Of a DNA stretch of 63,800 bases, positions 6,651 to 16,165 are shown piece after piece. The stretch covers positions 1 to 63,800 of the forward strand of contig JBDSUM010000020.1 of NCBI GenBank assembly GCA_039927695.1, given 5' to 3'. This stretch comes from Minisyncoccota bacterium (GTDB lineage: Bacteria > Patescibacteriota > Minisyncoccia > Phycocordibacterales > Phycocordibacteraceae). Below the pieces are notes generated by a model. The model searched no databases and was not told the origin of the DNA. It saw only the letters and a list, made by a program, of their open reading frames with translations. Both the position numbers and the translations under genes were made by a program. Positions within the stretch are counted from its first letter, which is position 1. Each line of letters starts with the position of its first letter.

Positions 6651-8765
6651 ATGCTTAGCGAAAACGACGAAAACGGAAAGTTTCTAAAACCGTACGATCC
6701 CGCTGCGACCGAAGGTCGTATATATAAGGTGTGGGAAGATAGTGGCTATTTCAATCCTGACAATTTGCCGAATGCCGACTCCCGCAAGCCGTTCACTATC
6801 GTCATGCCACCGCCGAACGCAAACGGTAACCTCCATGCAGGCCATGCCCTTTTCGTAACCCTCCAAGACCTCATGATTCGCTTTAAGCGAATGCAGGGAT
6901 ACAAGGCTCTCTGGATTCCCGGCGCAGACCATGCAGGGTTCGAGACTCAGGTCGTGTACGAAAAGAAACTTGAAAAAGAAGGCCGTTCTCGCTTTGGAAT
7001 GGACCCTAAAGAGCTCTACGCAGAAATCCTGGAGTTTACACTCGCGAACAAGTCGATTATGGAAGGTCAGGTTAAAGCGCTCGGAGCGTCATGTGACTGG
7101 TCACGTGAAAAATTCACCCTAGATCCAGACGTCGTTACCCGAGTTCAACAAACATTTATAAAGATGTTTGTTGACGGTCTCATATACCGTGGCAAACGTA
7201 CCGTTAACTGGTGTCCAAAACATCAAACGTCTCTTTCCGACATTGAAACTGAGAGTGTCGAAGAAAACACACCCTTCTATACCTTTAAGTATGGTCCATT
7301 CGATATTGGTACCGTGCGTCCAGAGACAAAGTTTGGTGACAAGCATGTCGTAATGCATCCAGACGATATGCGCTACGCGCAGTACAAGCATGGGGACACA
7401 TTCGATCTTGAATGGATCAATGGTCCTATTACCGCGACAGTCATAAAGGATTCATCCGTTGATCCAGAATTTGGTACGGGTGTTATGACCATTACTCCCT
7501 GGCACAGTCAGGTGGACTTCGAGATCGCAAAGCGTCACAACCTCGACATGGAACAGATTATCGACTGGCGAGGCAAACTCCTTCCAATCGCTGGGGAATT
7601 TGAGGGTATGAAGATTACTGAAGCTCGTGCAAAGATTATAGAGAAACTGGCTAGCAAGGGTCTTTTAGTATCTATCGATGAGAAATACCAAAATGTTGTG
7701 AAGCGATGCTACAAGTGTTCGACTATGATCGAGCCACAGGTTAAGGATCAGTGGTTCGTAAAGATGGCTCCGCTCGCACAAAAAGCTATCGAAGCAGTGA
7801 ATGCTGGCGAAGTGAAGTTTATTCCTGACCACGAAGAGAAAATCTTCCGACATTGGATGGAGAACACGCTCGACTGGAATATTTCTCGCCAAATAGTATG
7901 GGGCATTCCCATACCTGCCTGGTTTAAAGATGGCGACGCTATTGCAAGCCTTGAATCACCTGGTGAAGGATGGGTTCAGGATATCGATACCTTCGACACC
8001 TGGTTCTCCTCAGGACAATGGCCGCTGATGACCACAGGGTATCCGGATGGAAAAGATTTTGAAACACACTACCCTACTGACGTCATGGAAACAGGGCGCG
8101 ATATTATTTTCTTCTGGGTTGCGCGTATGATTTGTTTTGGATTGTACCTCACTGGTAAGGCTCCATTCCATACCGTATATCTGCATGGTCTTGTGAATGA
8201 CGCGCACAATAAGAAAATGTCTAAATCAAAAGGTAACGTGATTAATCCGCTTGAGCTTACAGAAAAATATGGAACCGATGCACTTCGCATGGCACTTGTT
8301 GTAGGAAATACACCGGGTACTGATCTTGCACTTCGCGAAGACAAGATTAAGGGTTATAAGAACTTCGCAAATAAGCTTTGGAATATTGCGCGTTTTATAC
8401 TTGAAAGCACTGAAGGATATGATCCATCGGCTGCTCTCTCAGAAAATGATCAAGTGATACGTTCTGAATTCGATACCATTATCGCTGACGTTACCAAAGA
8501 TATGGAGGCATATCGCATCTATCTCGCTGCCGAGAAGATATACCACTACGTGTGGGATCGTCTTGCAAGCGAATTGCTTGAAGATTCGAAGCAAATATTT
8601 GCTGCAAGTGACGAAGTTGCTAGCGCATCTCGTAAAGCACTCTTGCGTTCACTTCTTAATGACGTTCTAAAAGTTCTTCATCCTTTCATGCCATTTGTTA
8701 CTGAAGAAATATGGCAGAGTCTCTCCGATACTCAGGGATTATTAATGATTCAAGAGTGGCCGTAG
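6651..8765 (+). CDS. valS: Valine--tRNA ligase (compact form, no C-terminal coiled coil)
   Basis: 704 aa. HIGH-type NLHAGHA and KMSKSKGN motifs. ValRS blocks WIPGADHAGFETQ, TVRPETKFGD and GTGVMTITPWH. Confidence 0.88.
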   Translation: MLSENDENGKFLKPYDPAATEGRIYKVWEDSGYFNPDNLPNADSRKPFTIVMPPPNANGNLHAGHALFVTLQDLMIRFKRMQGYKALWIPGADHAGFETQVVYEKKLEKEGRSRFGMDPKELYAEILEFTLANKSIMEGQVKALGASCDWSREKFTLDPDVVTRVQQTFIKMFVDGLIYRGKRTVNWCPKHQTSLSDIETESVEENTPFYTFKYGPFDIGTVRPETKFGDKHVVMHPDDMRYAQYKHGDTFDLEWINGPITATVIKDSSVDPEFGTGVMTITPWHSQVDFEIAKRHNLDMEQIIDWRGKLLPIAGEFEGMKITEARAKIIEKLASKGLLVSIDEKYQNVVKRCYKCSTMIEPQVKDQWFVKMAPLAQKAIEAVNAGEVKFIPDHEEKIFRHWMENTLDWNISRQIVWGIPIPAWFKDGDAIASLESPGEGWVQDIDTFDTWFSSGQWPLMTTGYPDGKDFETHYPTDVMETGRDIIFFWVARMICFGLYLTGKAPFHTVYLHGLVNDAHNKKMSKSKGNVINPLELTEKYGTDALRMALVVGNTPGTDLALREDKIKGYKNFANKLWNIARFILESTEGYDPSAALSENDQVIRSEFDTIIADVTKDMEAYRIYLAAEKIYHYVWDRLASELLEDSKQIFAASDEVASASRKALLRSLLNDVLKVLHPFMPFVTEEIWQSLSDTQGLLMIQEWP

Positions 8766-8822
8766 GGTACAATTAGCGGTAACGCGCCGCCAAGCCAAGC
8801 TGCTAAGCACGTACTACAACAA

Positions 8823-9581
8823 ATGGAGTTCCTTAATTCGGTATCGTTCTCAACACTTTGTTTCGCCTTCGTAGGCGGCATGCTTCCTGCATTATTGTGG
8901 TTGTACTTCCTTCTTAAAGAAGACTATCGCCACCCAGAACCTCGCACCATTTTACTTATGGCCTTTATGGCCGGTATGGCTGCCGTGCCACTTGCTGTAC
9001 CCTTTGAAGCGTACTTCAGAGACTACGCGTATAGCATTGTCCCTGGTTGTTCTCCTTATGCTTCACTTTGTTTCCCTATTATTACCGGCTGGGCGATTAT
9101 CGAAGAAACACTTAAATATTTGCTTGCGGCAGTTGTGGTGTTGTGGCGCCGCGACGTAGACGAATCAATTGACTTGGTTATTTACATGATCACGGCGGCG
9201 CTTGGTTTCGCGGCGCTCGAGAACATGCTGTTCCTCATTGAACCTTTTGCAGCACACGACTACCTCGCAGCACTCGCCACCGACAATCTTCGTTTCGTTG
9301 GCTCAACACTACTTCATGTTATTGCTTCAAGTGCTATTGGTTTCTCTCTCGCATTTGCGCACAAACTTCCCTGCTGGTATCGCGGTTTTGCTGCATCCGC
9401 AGGACTTATCCTTGCGATCGCATTGCACACGACGTTTAATTTCCTTATAATTCCTCGAGACGACTCGCATAGCATCCTAAGTGCATTCTTGTTTGTTTGG
9501 AGCGGTGCTGTCGTATTGTTCGCACTCTTCGAATTATTAAAATACTTCCAGTATAGAGACGAACCAATAACTACTGTTTAG
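8823..9581 (+). CDS. PrsW-family intramembrane metalloprotease
   Basis: 252 aa, multi-TM. Motifs IIEETLKY, AALENMLF, LLHVIASS and LHTTFNF. Confidence 0.8.
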   Translation: MEFLNSVSFSTLCFAFVGGMLPALLWLYFLLKEDYRHPEPRTILLMAFMAGMAAVPLAVPFEAYFRDYAYSIVPGCSPYASLCFPIITGWAIIEETLKYLLAAVVVLWRRDVDESIDLVIYMITAALGFAALENMLFLIEPFAAHDYLAALATDNLRFVGSTLLHVIASSAIGFSLAFAHKLPCWYRGFAASAGLILAIALHTTFNFLIIPRDDSHSILSAFLFVWSGAVVLFALFELLKYFQYRDEPITTV

Positions 9582-9600
9582 CTTACCTACTTATTTACGT

Positions 9601-10110
9601 ATGAAAAAACGATCTTTCTTCGAACGACTTTCCGGCTCAGTTCCGGTAACAGACGACTATGACGCATTCGAAGATGACGTCGTGCCTGCACGTCGCCTTG
9701 CTCCTGCCCAAGCTCCTATGACCACAAGCTCTACGCCACAGATTCACGCTGCCTATGATGACCACGAGGATACTGAGAGCGAAGGACAACTTCCTGTAGA
9801 TGTATACCAAACAGCAAGTGAGATCGTTATCCGCACATTCATCGCAGGCGTACGCGCTGACGAAATCAACCTTTCTATAAGTCGCGACATGGTAGTCATC
9901 GAAGGAGCTCGTGCAGAACGCGAAACTATCCAGGATTCAGACTATTTCATTCGTGAACTCTTCTGGGGTACGTTCTCTCGAACAATCCTCCTCCCTCAGG
10001 AAGTAGACGTCGATAACTCAAGCGCGAATGCTAAAGACGGTCTTCTTACCCTCATCCTTCCTAAGCTCGACAAGGCAAAGCAGACAAAGCTTCGCGTTAA
10101 AGCAGGATAG
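9601..10110 (+). CDS. Hsp20/alpha-crystallin small heat-shock protein
   Basis: 169 aa. Alpha-crystallin domain LPVDVYQT..VIRTFIAGV..GTFSRTILLPQEVD..DGLLTLILPK. Confidence 0.85.
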   Translation: MKKRSFFERLSGSVPVTDDYDAFEDDVVPARRLAPAQAPMTTSSTPQIHAAYDDHEDTESEGQLPVDVYQTASEIVIRTFIAGVRADEINLSISRDMVVIEGARAERETIQDSDYFIRELFWGTFSRTILLPQEVDVDNSSANAKDGLLTLILPKLDKAKQTKLRVKAG

Positions 10111-11196
10111 TTAGCGAACTTCAGTTATTAGCGTTGGCTCGGAGCTCTCGTTCACCACAGTGAACGAGAGTTTTCCCATTACCTGGCCGTCAATTGTCTG
10201 TACTATCACACGCCACTTGCCTGCTTGAGGATCGGATTTCATTGAGTATCCTCGGTAGCCTTGCTCCCTTCCACCTGATAGCGGGAAAGCAATCGATGCC
10301 TCATCTATCCACTTCTTACTTATCGGGTTATACCACTGCCAGTGGTGCACGATGGTTGTTGTAAAGTCACCAGGCGCAAATATTGAGCTAAAGGCATAGA
10401 GCGGTGTTCCAGCTACATGATGCACAATCTGTATGCGTGGATCGAACCATGCCCGCACAGGCTCTCCAGTGAGCGCGTACATGCCCTCTGTGTGTGTAAT
10501 GGAATGGTATATACCGCCAGATTTAAGAGCAAGAGGAATTGGCGGCAATAGGTTTGTTAGATATGCAGAAACAATGAGAAAGGTCGCGATGGCAGCGGAG
10601 ATGAGAATGAGATTCAAAGCTCTGCGCAAGCGCTTCCAGCCTAAAAGACCGAGCAAGAGTAAGTACACAATAAATGCAGCAATAGTAAGCGTCGTACTTT
10701 CAAGAAATACTATCTTTCCTAACCTTCCGAGGTAGAGCGGGAGAGCAAATATTGAAAAAGCATACAAGGAGAAAAAGATGAGGAGTGATTGAAAGACTAA
10801 GTGGTCGCGATAGTTACGAAACACCTCGTTACCAAAGAAGATGAGTCCGAGAAGTATGAGGAACGGCCATGACACGGAAAGCACCGCACTCTTTGTATAA
10901 AAGATGAGAAAACCTGATAGCAAGCTACCGATCACAAACTGAGCCAGAAGTGGGCCGAGAATAGTTATGGAACGTCTTAATTTACCTCCCTGCTTACTAG
11001 CTGCTCTGTGGGAAATTAACGTCACCACAATAACAATCACCAAGTACGCAACAAACAACTTTATTACGGACGGTAAGTTTAATAATCCAAACGTAAGCAG
11101 GTCACTTACGAAGCCTCCAATAAACAGTGCCGTTGCGAGTGGACGCTCGTAGCGCTGTGCGAAAGCCAGAACGGTTTCGAAGCGTAAGTGCGTCAT
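10111..11196 (-). CDS. Multi-pass membrane protein with a C-terminal DUF2914-like domain
   Basis: 361 aa, about 8 TM helices. C-terminal IVHHWQWYNP..GYRGYSMKS..GKWRVIVQTIDGQ..SFTV resembles DUF2914, recalled from memory. Confidence 0.65.
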   Translation of the reverse strand: MTHLRFETVLAFAQRYERPLATALFIGGFVSDLLTFGLLNLPSVIKLFVAYLVIVIVVTLISHRAASKQGGKLRRSITILGPLLAQFVIGSLLSGFLIFYTKSAVLSVSWPFLILLGLIFFGNEVFRNYRDHLVFQSLLIFFSLYAFSIFALPLYLGRLGKIVFLESTTLTIAAFIVYLLLLGLLGWKRLRRALNLILISAAIATFLIVSAYLTNLLPPIPLALKSGGIYHSITHTEGMYALTGEPVRAWFDPRIQIVHHVAGTPLYAFSSIFAPGDFTTTIVHHWQWYNPISKKWIDEASIAFPLSGGREQGYRGYSMKSDPQAGKWRVIVQTIDGQVMGKLSFTVVNESSEPTLITEVR

Positions 11197-11199
11197 TTG

Positions 11200-11272
11200 T
11201 GCTTGGAGCCGGATTCGAACCGGCGACCCCTTCCTCTTCAGGGAAATGCTCTACCAACTGAGCTATCCAAGC
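11200..11272 (-). tRNA. tRNA-Phe: tRNA-Phe (anticodon GAA)
   Basis: Acceptor GCTTGGA/TCCAAGC. D arm GCTCAGTTGGTAGAGC. Anticodon loop CTGAAGA. T arm CCGGTTCGAATCCGG. Confidence 0.92.
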
Positions 11273-11353
11273 ATGTGTACTGCCCAGTCCAATGACTGAG
11301 CAATATGGCTATCCTACCATGCCTTACAAATTCTTTCAGCCCCTCCAAACAAG

Positions 11354-11665
11354 CTACTTGCTCGTGCTGCTGGCGATGGAGGCACGATATGAATTCATTA
11401 TATCCTGGATTTCTGTAGGCGATGGGAAGCCAAAAAGACTACCTCCTGCCTTGCTCGTGTCAGATGCAGGGATGAAGGTTCGCACGAATGGACCTAGGAG
11501 TATGAATGGGAGGACGAGGATAAGGAGCCACATAACTGCCTTGGTCCAGAATGCGAGTCGTCCTGTGCGAACTAAAGTTCGTAGGAGCTTATTGTTCTCT
11601 TCCGCAAGATCAATAGAATCTTGCACGAGTTGTTCCAAGCGCGAGATTGATGCTTCGTCGTTCAT
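11354..11665 (-). CDS. Hypothetical small membrane protein (N-terminal coiled segment, one TM)
   Basis: 103 aa. TM AVMWLLILVLPFILLGPFV. It sits between the 8-Cys protein gene and tRNA-Phe on the same strand. Confidence 0.5.
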   Translation of the reverse strand: MNDEASISRLEQLVQDSIDLAEENNKLLRTLVRTGRLAFWTKAVMWLLILVLPFILLGPFVRTFIPASDTSKAGGSLFGFPSPTEIQDIMNSYRASIASSTSK

Positions 11666-11686
11666 AGCTTCAAATAGTGTAGCAGG

Positions 11687-12418
11687 TTACGCGCCTGATG
11701 GTGTCTGGAGACACGTAAGCAATTCTTTGCTTTGTGTCCAGCCACACTTACCACTCGACTGACGCTCACATGCGGCTGTCTTGTAGCACGCATACTCAGA
11801 ACGATAGATACACGTAGAAACAGCGCCCGGTGTGTCTGAACATAGTTCAGACGAGCAACCACCGATGTAACAAGGTCCTGCTGATATTGGTCCTGTAGTA
11901 ACAGGATGTGGCTCTACCAGAATAGTGAACCGATATGAACTCGCAACAGGAGCTCCGTCTTTTTCATGCGGAGGTGTAACGCTCACAAACGTAATGTCAT
12001 CAGTGCCAACTGTTATAACCTTACCAAGTGCCAAATCATGGTTTGTGGTGCCAGTCTTCGTTGTTGTCTTGAGTGTTATGCGGACAGTACCAGCTTGGAT
12101 ACATTGCACGCCTACAGGACAACGACTATCTTCAAGTACCGCTGTTGGTCGCACAGAAAGCCCGTCCTTAAAGCCCGCAGATTGATTGAGTGCGAGTACA
12201 ACAGAACCGTACGGATAGTACCTGACTACTGGAGTGCCCGTAGTTGTATGAGTAGTGGTTGAGGTCGTTGTGGTAGCTATCTGCGCAGCAGGAGTCGTGG
12301 TAGACGTTGGTGGCAAAATAGCTGCGATAGGGCGAATACTGTGTACGACCAGCCAAATACCTATAGCGAGAGCAAGGACGATGACGGCACCTGGAATGAA
12401 GAAGTCTTTCTTTTGCAT
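11687..12418 (-). CDS. Membrane-anchored secreted protein with a Thr-rich linker and a C-terminal eight-cysteine domain
   Basis: 243 aa from the ATG at 12418; the longer track ORF runs into tRNA-Arg. C-terminal CYIGGCSSELC..STC..YAC..AAC..GKC..LTC has exactly 8 Cys. Confidence 0.65.
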   Translation of the reverse strand: MQKKDFFIPGAVIVLALAIGIWLVVHSIRPIAAILPPTSTTTPAAQIATTTTSTTTHTTTGTPVVRYYPYGSVVLALNQSAGFKDGLSVRPTAVLEDSRCPVGVQCIQAGTVRITLKTTTKTGTTNHDLALGKVITVGTDDITFVSVTPPHEKDGAPVASSYRFTILVEPHPVTTGPISAGPCYIGGCSSELCSDTPGAVSTCIYRSEYACYKTAACERQSSGKCGWTQSKELLTCLQTPSGA

Positions 12419-12469
12419 ATAGGTAGTATACCGCCTATTTCCTATGTCTGCAGGGTCTAGTGGATATCG

Positions 12470-12544
12470 TGGTGCCCTCGGCAAGAATCGAACTTACATC
12501 GTCTCGTTAGGAGTGAGATGCTCTATCCATTGAGCTACGAGGGC
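12470..12544 (-). tRNA. tRNA-Arg: tRNA-Arg (anticodon CCT) with encoded CCA
   Basis: Acceptor GCCCTCG/CGAGGGC. Anticodon loop CTCCTAA. T arm GTAAG-TTCGATT-CTTGC. Confidence 0.88.
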
Positions 12545-12572
12545 AATAGGGGCACATGAAGGACAGTAGCAC

Positions 12573-12601
12573 GAAAGCGCCCTCCAAAGGAGGGCGCTTT
12601 C
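12573..12601 (-). terminator. Hairpin terminator downstream of the glutaredoxin-like gene
   Basis: GAAAGCGCCCTCC-AAA-GGAGGGCGCTTTC, a perfect 13-bp stem. Confidence 0.7.
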
Positions 12602-12612
12602 TCTATAACTAC

Positions 12613-12855
12613 TTACGCTGCAATCCCTGCGAGTGAAGCCAATCTCTCCTTATCGAAGCCAACCATCATCTCGTCACCGACGAAGATAACCGGTACTCCC
12701 ATCTGACCGCTCTTCTCAATCATTTCCTGGCGCTTTGCAAGGTCTGTCTGCACGTCATAGTCCGTAAATGCTACGTTGTTTTCCTTGAGGAAATCCTTCG
12801 CCATATGGCAGAAGTGGCAAGTTGGCGTGCTGTAAATAGTGATGTTCTTATCCAT
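12613..12855 (-). CDS. Glutaredoxin-like protein (NrdH/YruB-like)
   Basis: 80 aa. Redox motif TCHFCHMAKDFL and the GVPVIFVGDEMMVGFD block. Confidence 0.85.
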   Translation of the reverse strand: MDKNITIYSTPTCHFCHMAKDFLKENNVAFTDYDVQTDLAKRQEMIEKSGQMGVPVIFVGDEMMVGFDKERLASLAGIAA

Positions 12856-12933
12856 AAAAGTTTGATTACTTCCCTGTCAGTATACCATTTTGGTTATCCC
12901 CAGGTGGCCGTCCGGAGTGATATTCGAACTCTA

Positions 12934-13893
12934 CTATTTAAATACGAACGATCCACTATCCATCTTTAGGGTCAAGACTAACTCCCCTTTTGAAGTAAAT
13001 AGATAGCTCTGCGATTCGCTAAGCATTTTATTAAATTGAGTCTCTTGTGAAGAGGGACAATACATGAGTGTCGACGTCATATCGCCAAACGTAATGTTCT
13101 TACCACTAGTACTATACGTGCCAGAAATTGAATTACAGTCCGTTGTTGCGGAAAATCTCCCATTCGCGGAAAACTTTATTACAAATGCCGACGTCTTGTT
13201 TGGCGTTACCGTTGTTCCATCGCTATAAAGCGTATGGATCCATGTCCAGTCTTTCATACCGAGAGACATGCTCGAAGGATTTGCTTCGCCTCCAAAGTTT
13301 TGAGCAACTTCTCCAAATTTCATGGTGCTAGGGTCGAGTAAAAGCCAGACACTTTTCCCAACAGAAGGTTGTACTGCAAAACTCTCTCCCGCTTTCCTGT
13401 CTGCGTAATTTATTACAACAACATTCTTTTGAGCTGGGTTACTACTCATCTGTGTTGTTTGTGGAGCAATTCGATCACCCAGTAAAAAGCCCTGTGAACC
13501 TTTGTATCCGCTAGCGGTGTTAAGAGCTGCTACAGCATAATAGAATGTTCCGCTGCCTCCGCCTGTTTGTGTAAGAAGAAAAACAGTATCAGGTCTACCA
13601 TCACCATCTAGATCGTGTGTAACTTCATTTCCAAAATACTTGGTAATTAATTTTGATGCTGAACCCGGTGCTATTTCGCTTTCCGCCACACCATTCACCA
13701 GTGTTACAGGTTTACCCTCTATGTTGTATGTCGCATTTTTAAAGCCTGAGCCGACTTCTGTTGTAGTTGGTGGTATAACTTCTGCAATGTCAGACTGCTG
13801 AATCGGGTGGAGAAGAATAAAGGTAATTATTCCTACGATAGCTATACATGCTACGGTTACCGGAATTACGTATCGTCTTTGGCTGGACGTCAT
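12934..13893 (-). CDS. Membrane-anchored protein with a C-terminal META (HslJ-like) domain
   Basis: 319 aa with an N-terminal TM. DLDGDGRPDTVFLL repeat-like motif. C-terminal FSANGRFSATTDCNSISGTY..ITFGDMTSTLMYC resembles a META domain. Confidence 0.65.
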   Translation of the reverse strand: MTSSQRRYVIPVTVACIAIVGIITFILLHPIQQSDIAEVIPPTTTEVGSGFKNATYNIEGKPVTLVNGVAESEIAPGSASKLITKYFGNEVTHDLDGDGRPDTVFLLTQTGGGSGTFYYAVAALNTASGYKGSQGFLLGDRIAPQTTQMSSNPAQKNVVVINYADRKAGESFAVQPSVGKSVWLLLDPSTMKFGEVAQNFGGEANPSSMSLGMKDWTWIHTLYSDGTTVTPNKTSAFVIKFSANGRFSATTDCNSISGTYSTSGKNITFGDMTSTLMYCPSSQETQFNKMLSESQSYLFTSKGELVLTLKMDSGSFVFK

Positions 13894-13976
13894 TGTTACT
13901 AAGTATACTGCCTGTTGTATGAATAATGGATGACAGTCTAAGATTCGAACAGTATTAGTCTATCGGAAACACAAAA

Positions 13977-14336
13977 CTAAAGCCCAAAGAAATTCCTAAT
14001 TTTCTGCCAAGTCGTAAGGGGTGGCGGAGGTACAACCTCTTTCTTCGGAACTACGATAATAACGTCCTCGCCGGGTTTAGCAACGCCAAAGGTTTCTCGT
14101 ACTGAGGCTTCCTGACCTCGTTGTGTATCCATATCCCCCACCGTTCCTGCCAGAGTCTTTGTACGCGCATCGAGTGCGGCAAGATCTGTTTGCGTCTGAT
14201 GAACAGTGCGTCGTGCAACCTCTTCTTTCTTATAAATACTGTACACAAGGAAAGAAAACCATACGATGGCTAGCAGTAATATACCGGTCTTCACCATGTC
14301 GCGCGTACTAACTTTCTTCCTCGCTCGTCGTGCCAT
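13977..14336 (-). CDS. Septum formation initiator (FtsB/DivIC-like) protein
   Basis: 119 aa. A single TM, then a coiled coil, then a RETFGVAKPGEDVIIV tail, typical of the family. Confidence 0.6.
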   Translation of the reverse strand: MARRARKKVSTRDMVKTGILLLAIVWFSFLVYSIYKKEEVARRTVHQTQTDLAALDARTKTLAGTVGDMDTQRGQEASVRETFGVAKPGEDVIIVVPKKEVVPPPPLTTWQKIRNFFGL

Positions 14337-14359
14337 TACCTATCAGTATACCAAGCTGA

Positions 14360-16165
14360 TTAGCGTTCACTATCCTGCACCATCTTCATAAACACATCCT
14401 GAGGGATATCCATCTTTGCGTGTGCGCCTCGACGCTTCTTTCCCTTCTTCTGTTTCTCCAAAAGCTTCATCTTTCGCGTAATGTCACCACCGTAGAGGTA
14501 GCCGGTAACGTCCTTACGGAGTGCAGAGATAGACTTACTCGCGAGGATGCGTCCAAGTGCGTGAGCTTGGATCTTAAGCACAAACATTTGGCGCGGAAGT
14601 ATCTTCTCAAGTTTCTCAACCATCTTCTCGCCCTCAATCTCAACACGACGACGAGCAACAACGCGTGCGAATGCCGGCACCGGTTCTTCAGCCACATATA
14701 TTTCAAGCTTTACCACGTCTGCTGGGCGCTCATCGAGGAATTCATATGAAAGCGATGCATACCCTGAAGATGCGTTCTTTACCTTATCGAAAAACCCACG
14801 CATAAGTTCACGCAGTGGCATTTCAGCACTTAATTCAATGCGTCCATCCAAATGTGTTTCCGTGTCTTTTACCTCTCCCTCATGATCGTGGAAAAGCTGA
14901 ATCATGTTTGAAAGTGATTCGTTTGGTGTAATGAGTACTACCTTTACCCACGGTTCTTCGATAGCAAGCACATCACCAAATGCTGGAAATCGCGATGGCG
15001 TATAGATAGTCTCGCGCTTGTTGTCTTTGGTCGTAACATTGTATGCAATGGTTGGAATGGTAACTATGAGCTCGAGATTGAACTCACGACGAAGTCGCTC
15101 GGTAACTATTTCCAAATGGAGCATGCCGAGGAAGCCACAGCGAAAGCCACGGCCGAGTACGCCAGACGACTCTTCTTCAAAGGAAAGTGATGAGTCGGAA
15201 AGGCGCAGACGTTCTAGTGATTGGCGGAGCACCATAAGGTCGTCCTGGCTTTCTGGATATACCGACGCCCACACAACAGGACGTGGTCGTGCAAAGCCAG
15301 CAAGAGGCTCGCGTGACCCTTTGTCAGTAAGAATAGTATCTCCCACCGCTACGATTCCTGCTTCCTTAACGCCGGTGACGATATAGCCAATCTCACCTGC
15401 TGACAGTGTTTCAGTTGGTGTTTCTTCTGGCATAGAGACACCGGTCTCAAGTGCCGTAAAACGCTCGCCAGCTGCAGAGAATCGTAATACGTCCCCTTTG
15501 CTAAAGGAGCCGTCAAAGACGCGTGCAAAGACAGCGATGCCTCGATGACTCGAGAATGAGAAGTCGAAGATAAGCGCGCGCGAGTCCGTTCCTTCGCTTG
15601 GGCGTGGTGCAGGAACACGTTCAACAACTGCTGCAAGTAGTTCTGCAACACCTTCTCCTGTGCGACCAGATACAGCCATTACCGTAGAGGGGTCAATACC
15701 GAGTAGTTCTGAAAGTTCGAGGGTAACGTCGTCAGGACGCGCCGCAGGCGCGTCTATCTTCGAGATAACCGGAATGATCACACAGCCAGCTTCCTTCGCC
15801 ATAGCAAGCGTTGTGAGTGTCTGAGCTTGAATACCTTGAGTTGAATCAACGAGCAAGATAACTCCTTCAACTGCAGAAAGCGCACGAGACACTTCATAGG
15901 CGAAATCGATGTGACCTGGTGTGTCGATGAGATTGAAGATATAGTCTTCTCCGTCAGAAGCCTTGAACGACATTCGTACTGGCTGCATCTTAATGGTGAT
16001 ACCGCGTTCACGCTCAAGATCCATGCGATCAAGAACCTGATCCTTCATGTGACGTGCCTCAATGGTGCCGGTTCTCTCGAGCATACGGTCAGCAAGCGTC
16101 GACTTTCCATGGTCGACGTGTGCAATGATGCTGAAGTTTCTTATGTTACGAATCGGAGTGGTCAT
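14360..16165 (-). CDS. lepA: Translation elongation factor 4 (LepA)
   Basis: 601 aa. NFSIIAHVDHGKSTLADR, DTPGHIDF, and the LepA C-terminal domain (GGDITRKMKLLEKQKKGKKR). Confidence 0.95.
   Translation of the reverse strand: MTTPIRNIRNFSIIAHVDHGKSTLADRMLERTGTIEARHMKDQVLDRMDLERERGITIKMQPVRMSFKASDGEDYIFNLIDTPGHIDFAYEVSRALSAVEGVILLVDSTQGIQAQTLTTLAMAKEAGCVIIPVISKIDAPAARPDDVTLELSELLGIDPSTVMAVSGRTGEGVAELLAAVVERVPAPRPSEGTDSRALIFDFSFSSHRGIAVFARVFDGSFSKGDVLRFSAAGERFTALETGVSMPEETPTETLSAGEIGYIVTGVKEAGIVAVGDTILTDKGSREPLAGFARPRPVVWASVYPESQDDLMVLRQSLERLRLSDSSLSFEEESSGVLGRGFRCGFLGMLHLEIVTERLRREFNLELIVTIPTIAYNVTTKDNKRETIYTPSRFPAFGDVLAIEEPWVKVVLITPNESLSNMIQLFHDHEGEVKDTETHLDGRIELSAEMPLRELMRGFFDKVKNASSGYASLSYEFLDERPADVVKLEIYVAEEPVPAFARVVARRRVEIEGEKMVEKLEKILPRQMFVLKIQAHALGRILASKSISALRKDVTGYLYGGDITRKMKLLEKQKKGKKRRGAHAKMDIPQDVFMKMVQDSER

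Noticed and set aside
6651-8765. The short ValRS (704 aa, against about 880 or more in most bacteria) as a possible truncated pseudogene.
   Set aside because: The HIGH and KMSKS motifs, the editing-domain blocks and the anticodon-binding region are all intact and the ORF is uninterrupted. Only the C-terminal coiled coil is missing, which fits a streamlined but functional enzyme.
11292-11762. Plus-strand 156-aa ORF that overlaps the 103-aa minus-strand gene.
   Set aside because: Its sequence is Arg/Ser-rich and shadow-like. The minus-strand ORF has a TM helix and fits the co-oriented operon, although that call is itself only moderately supported.
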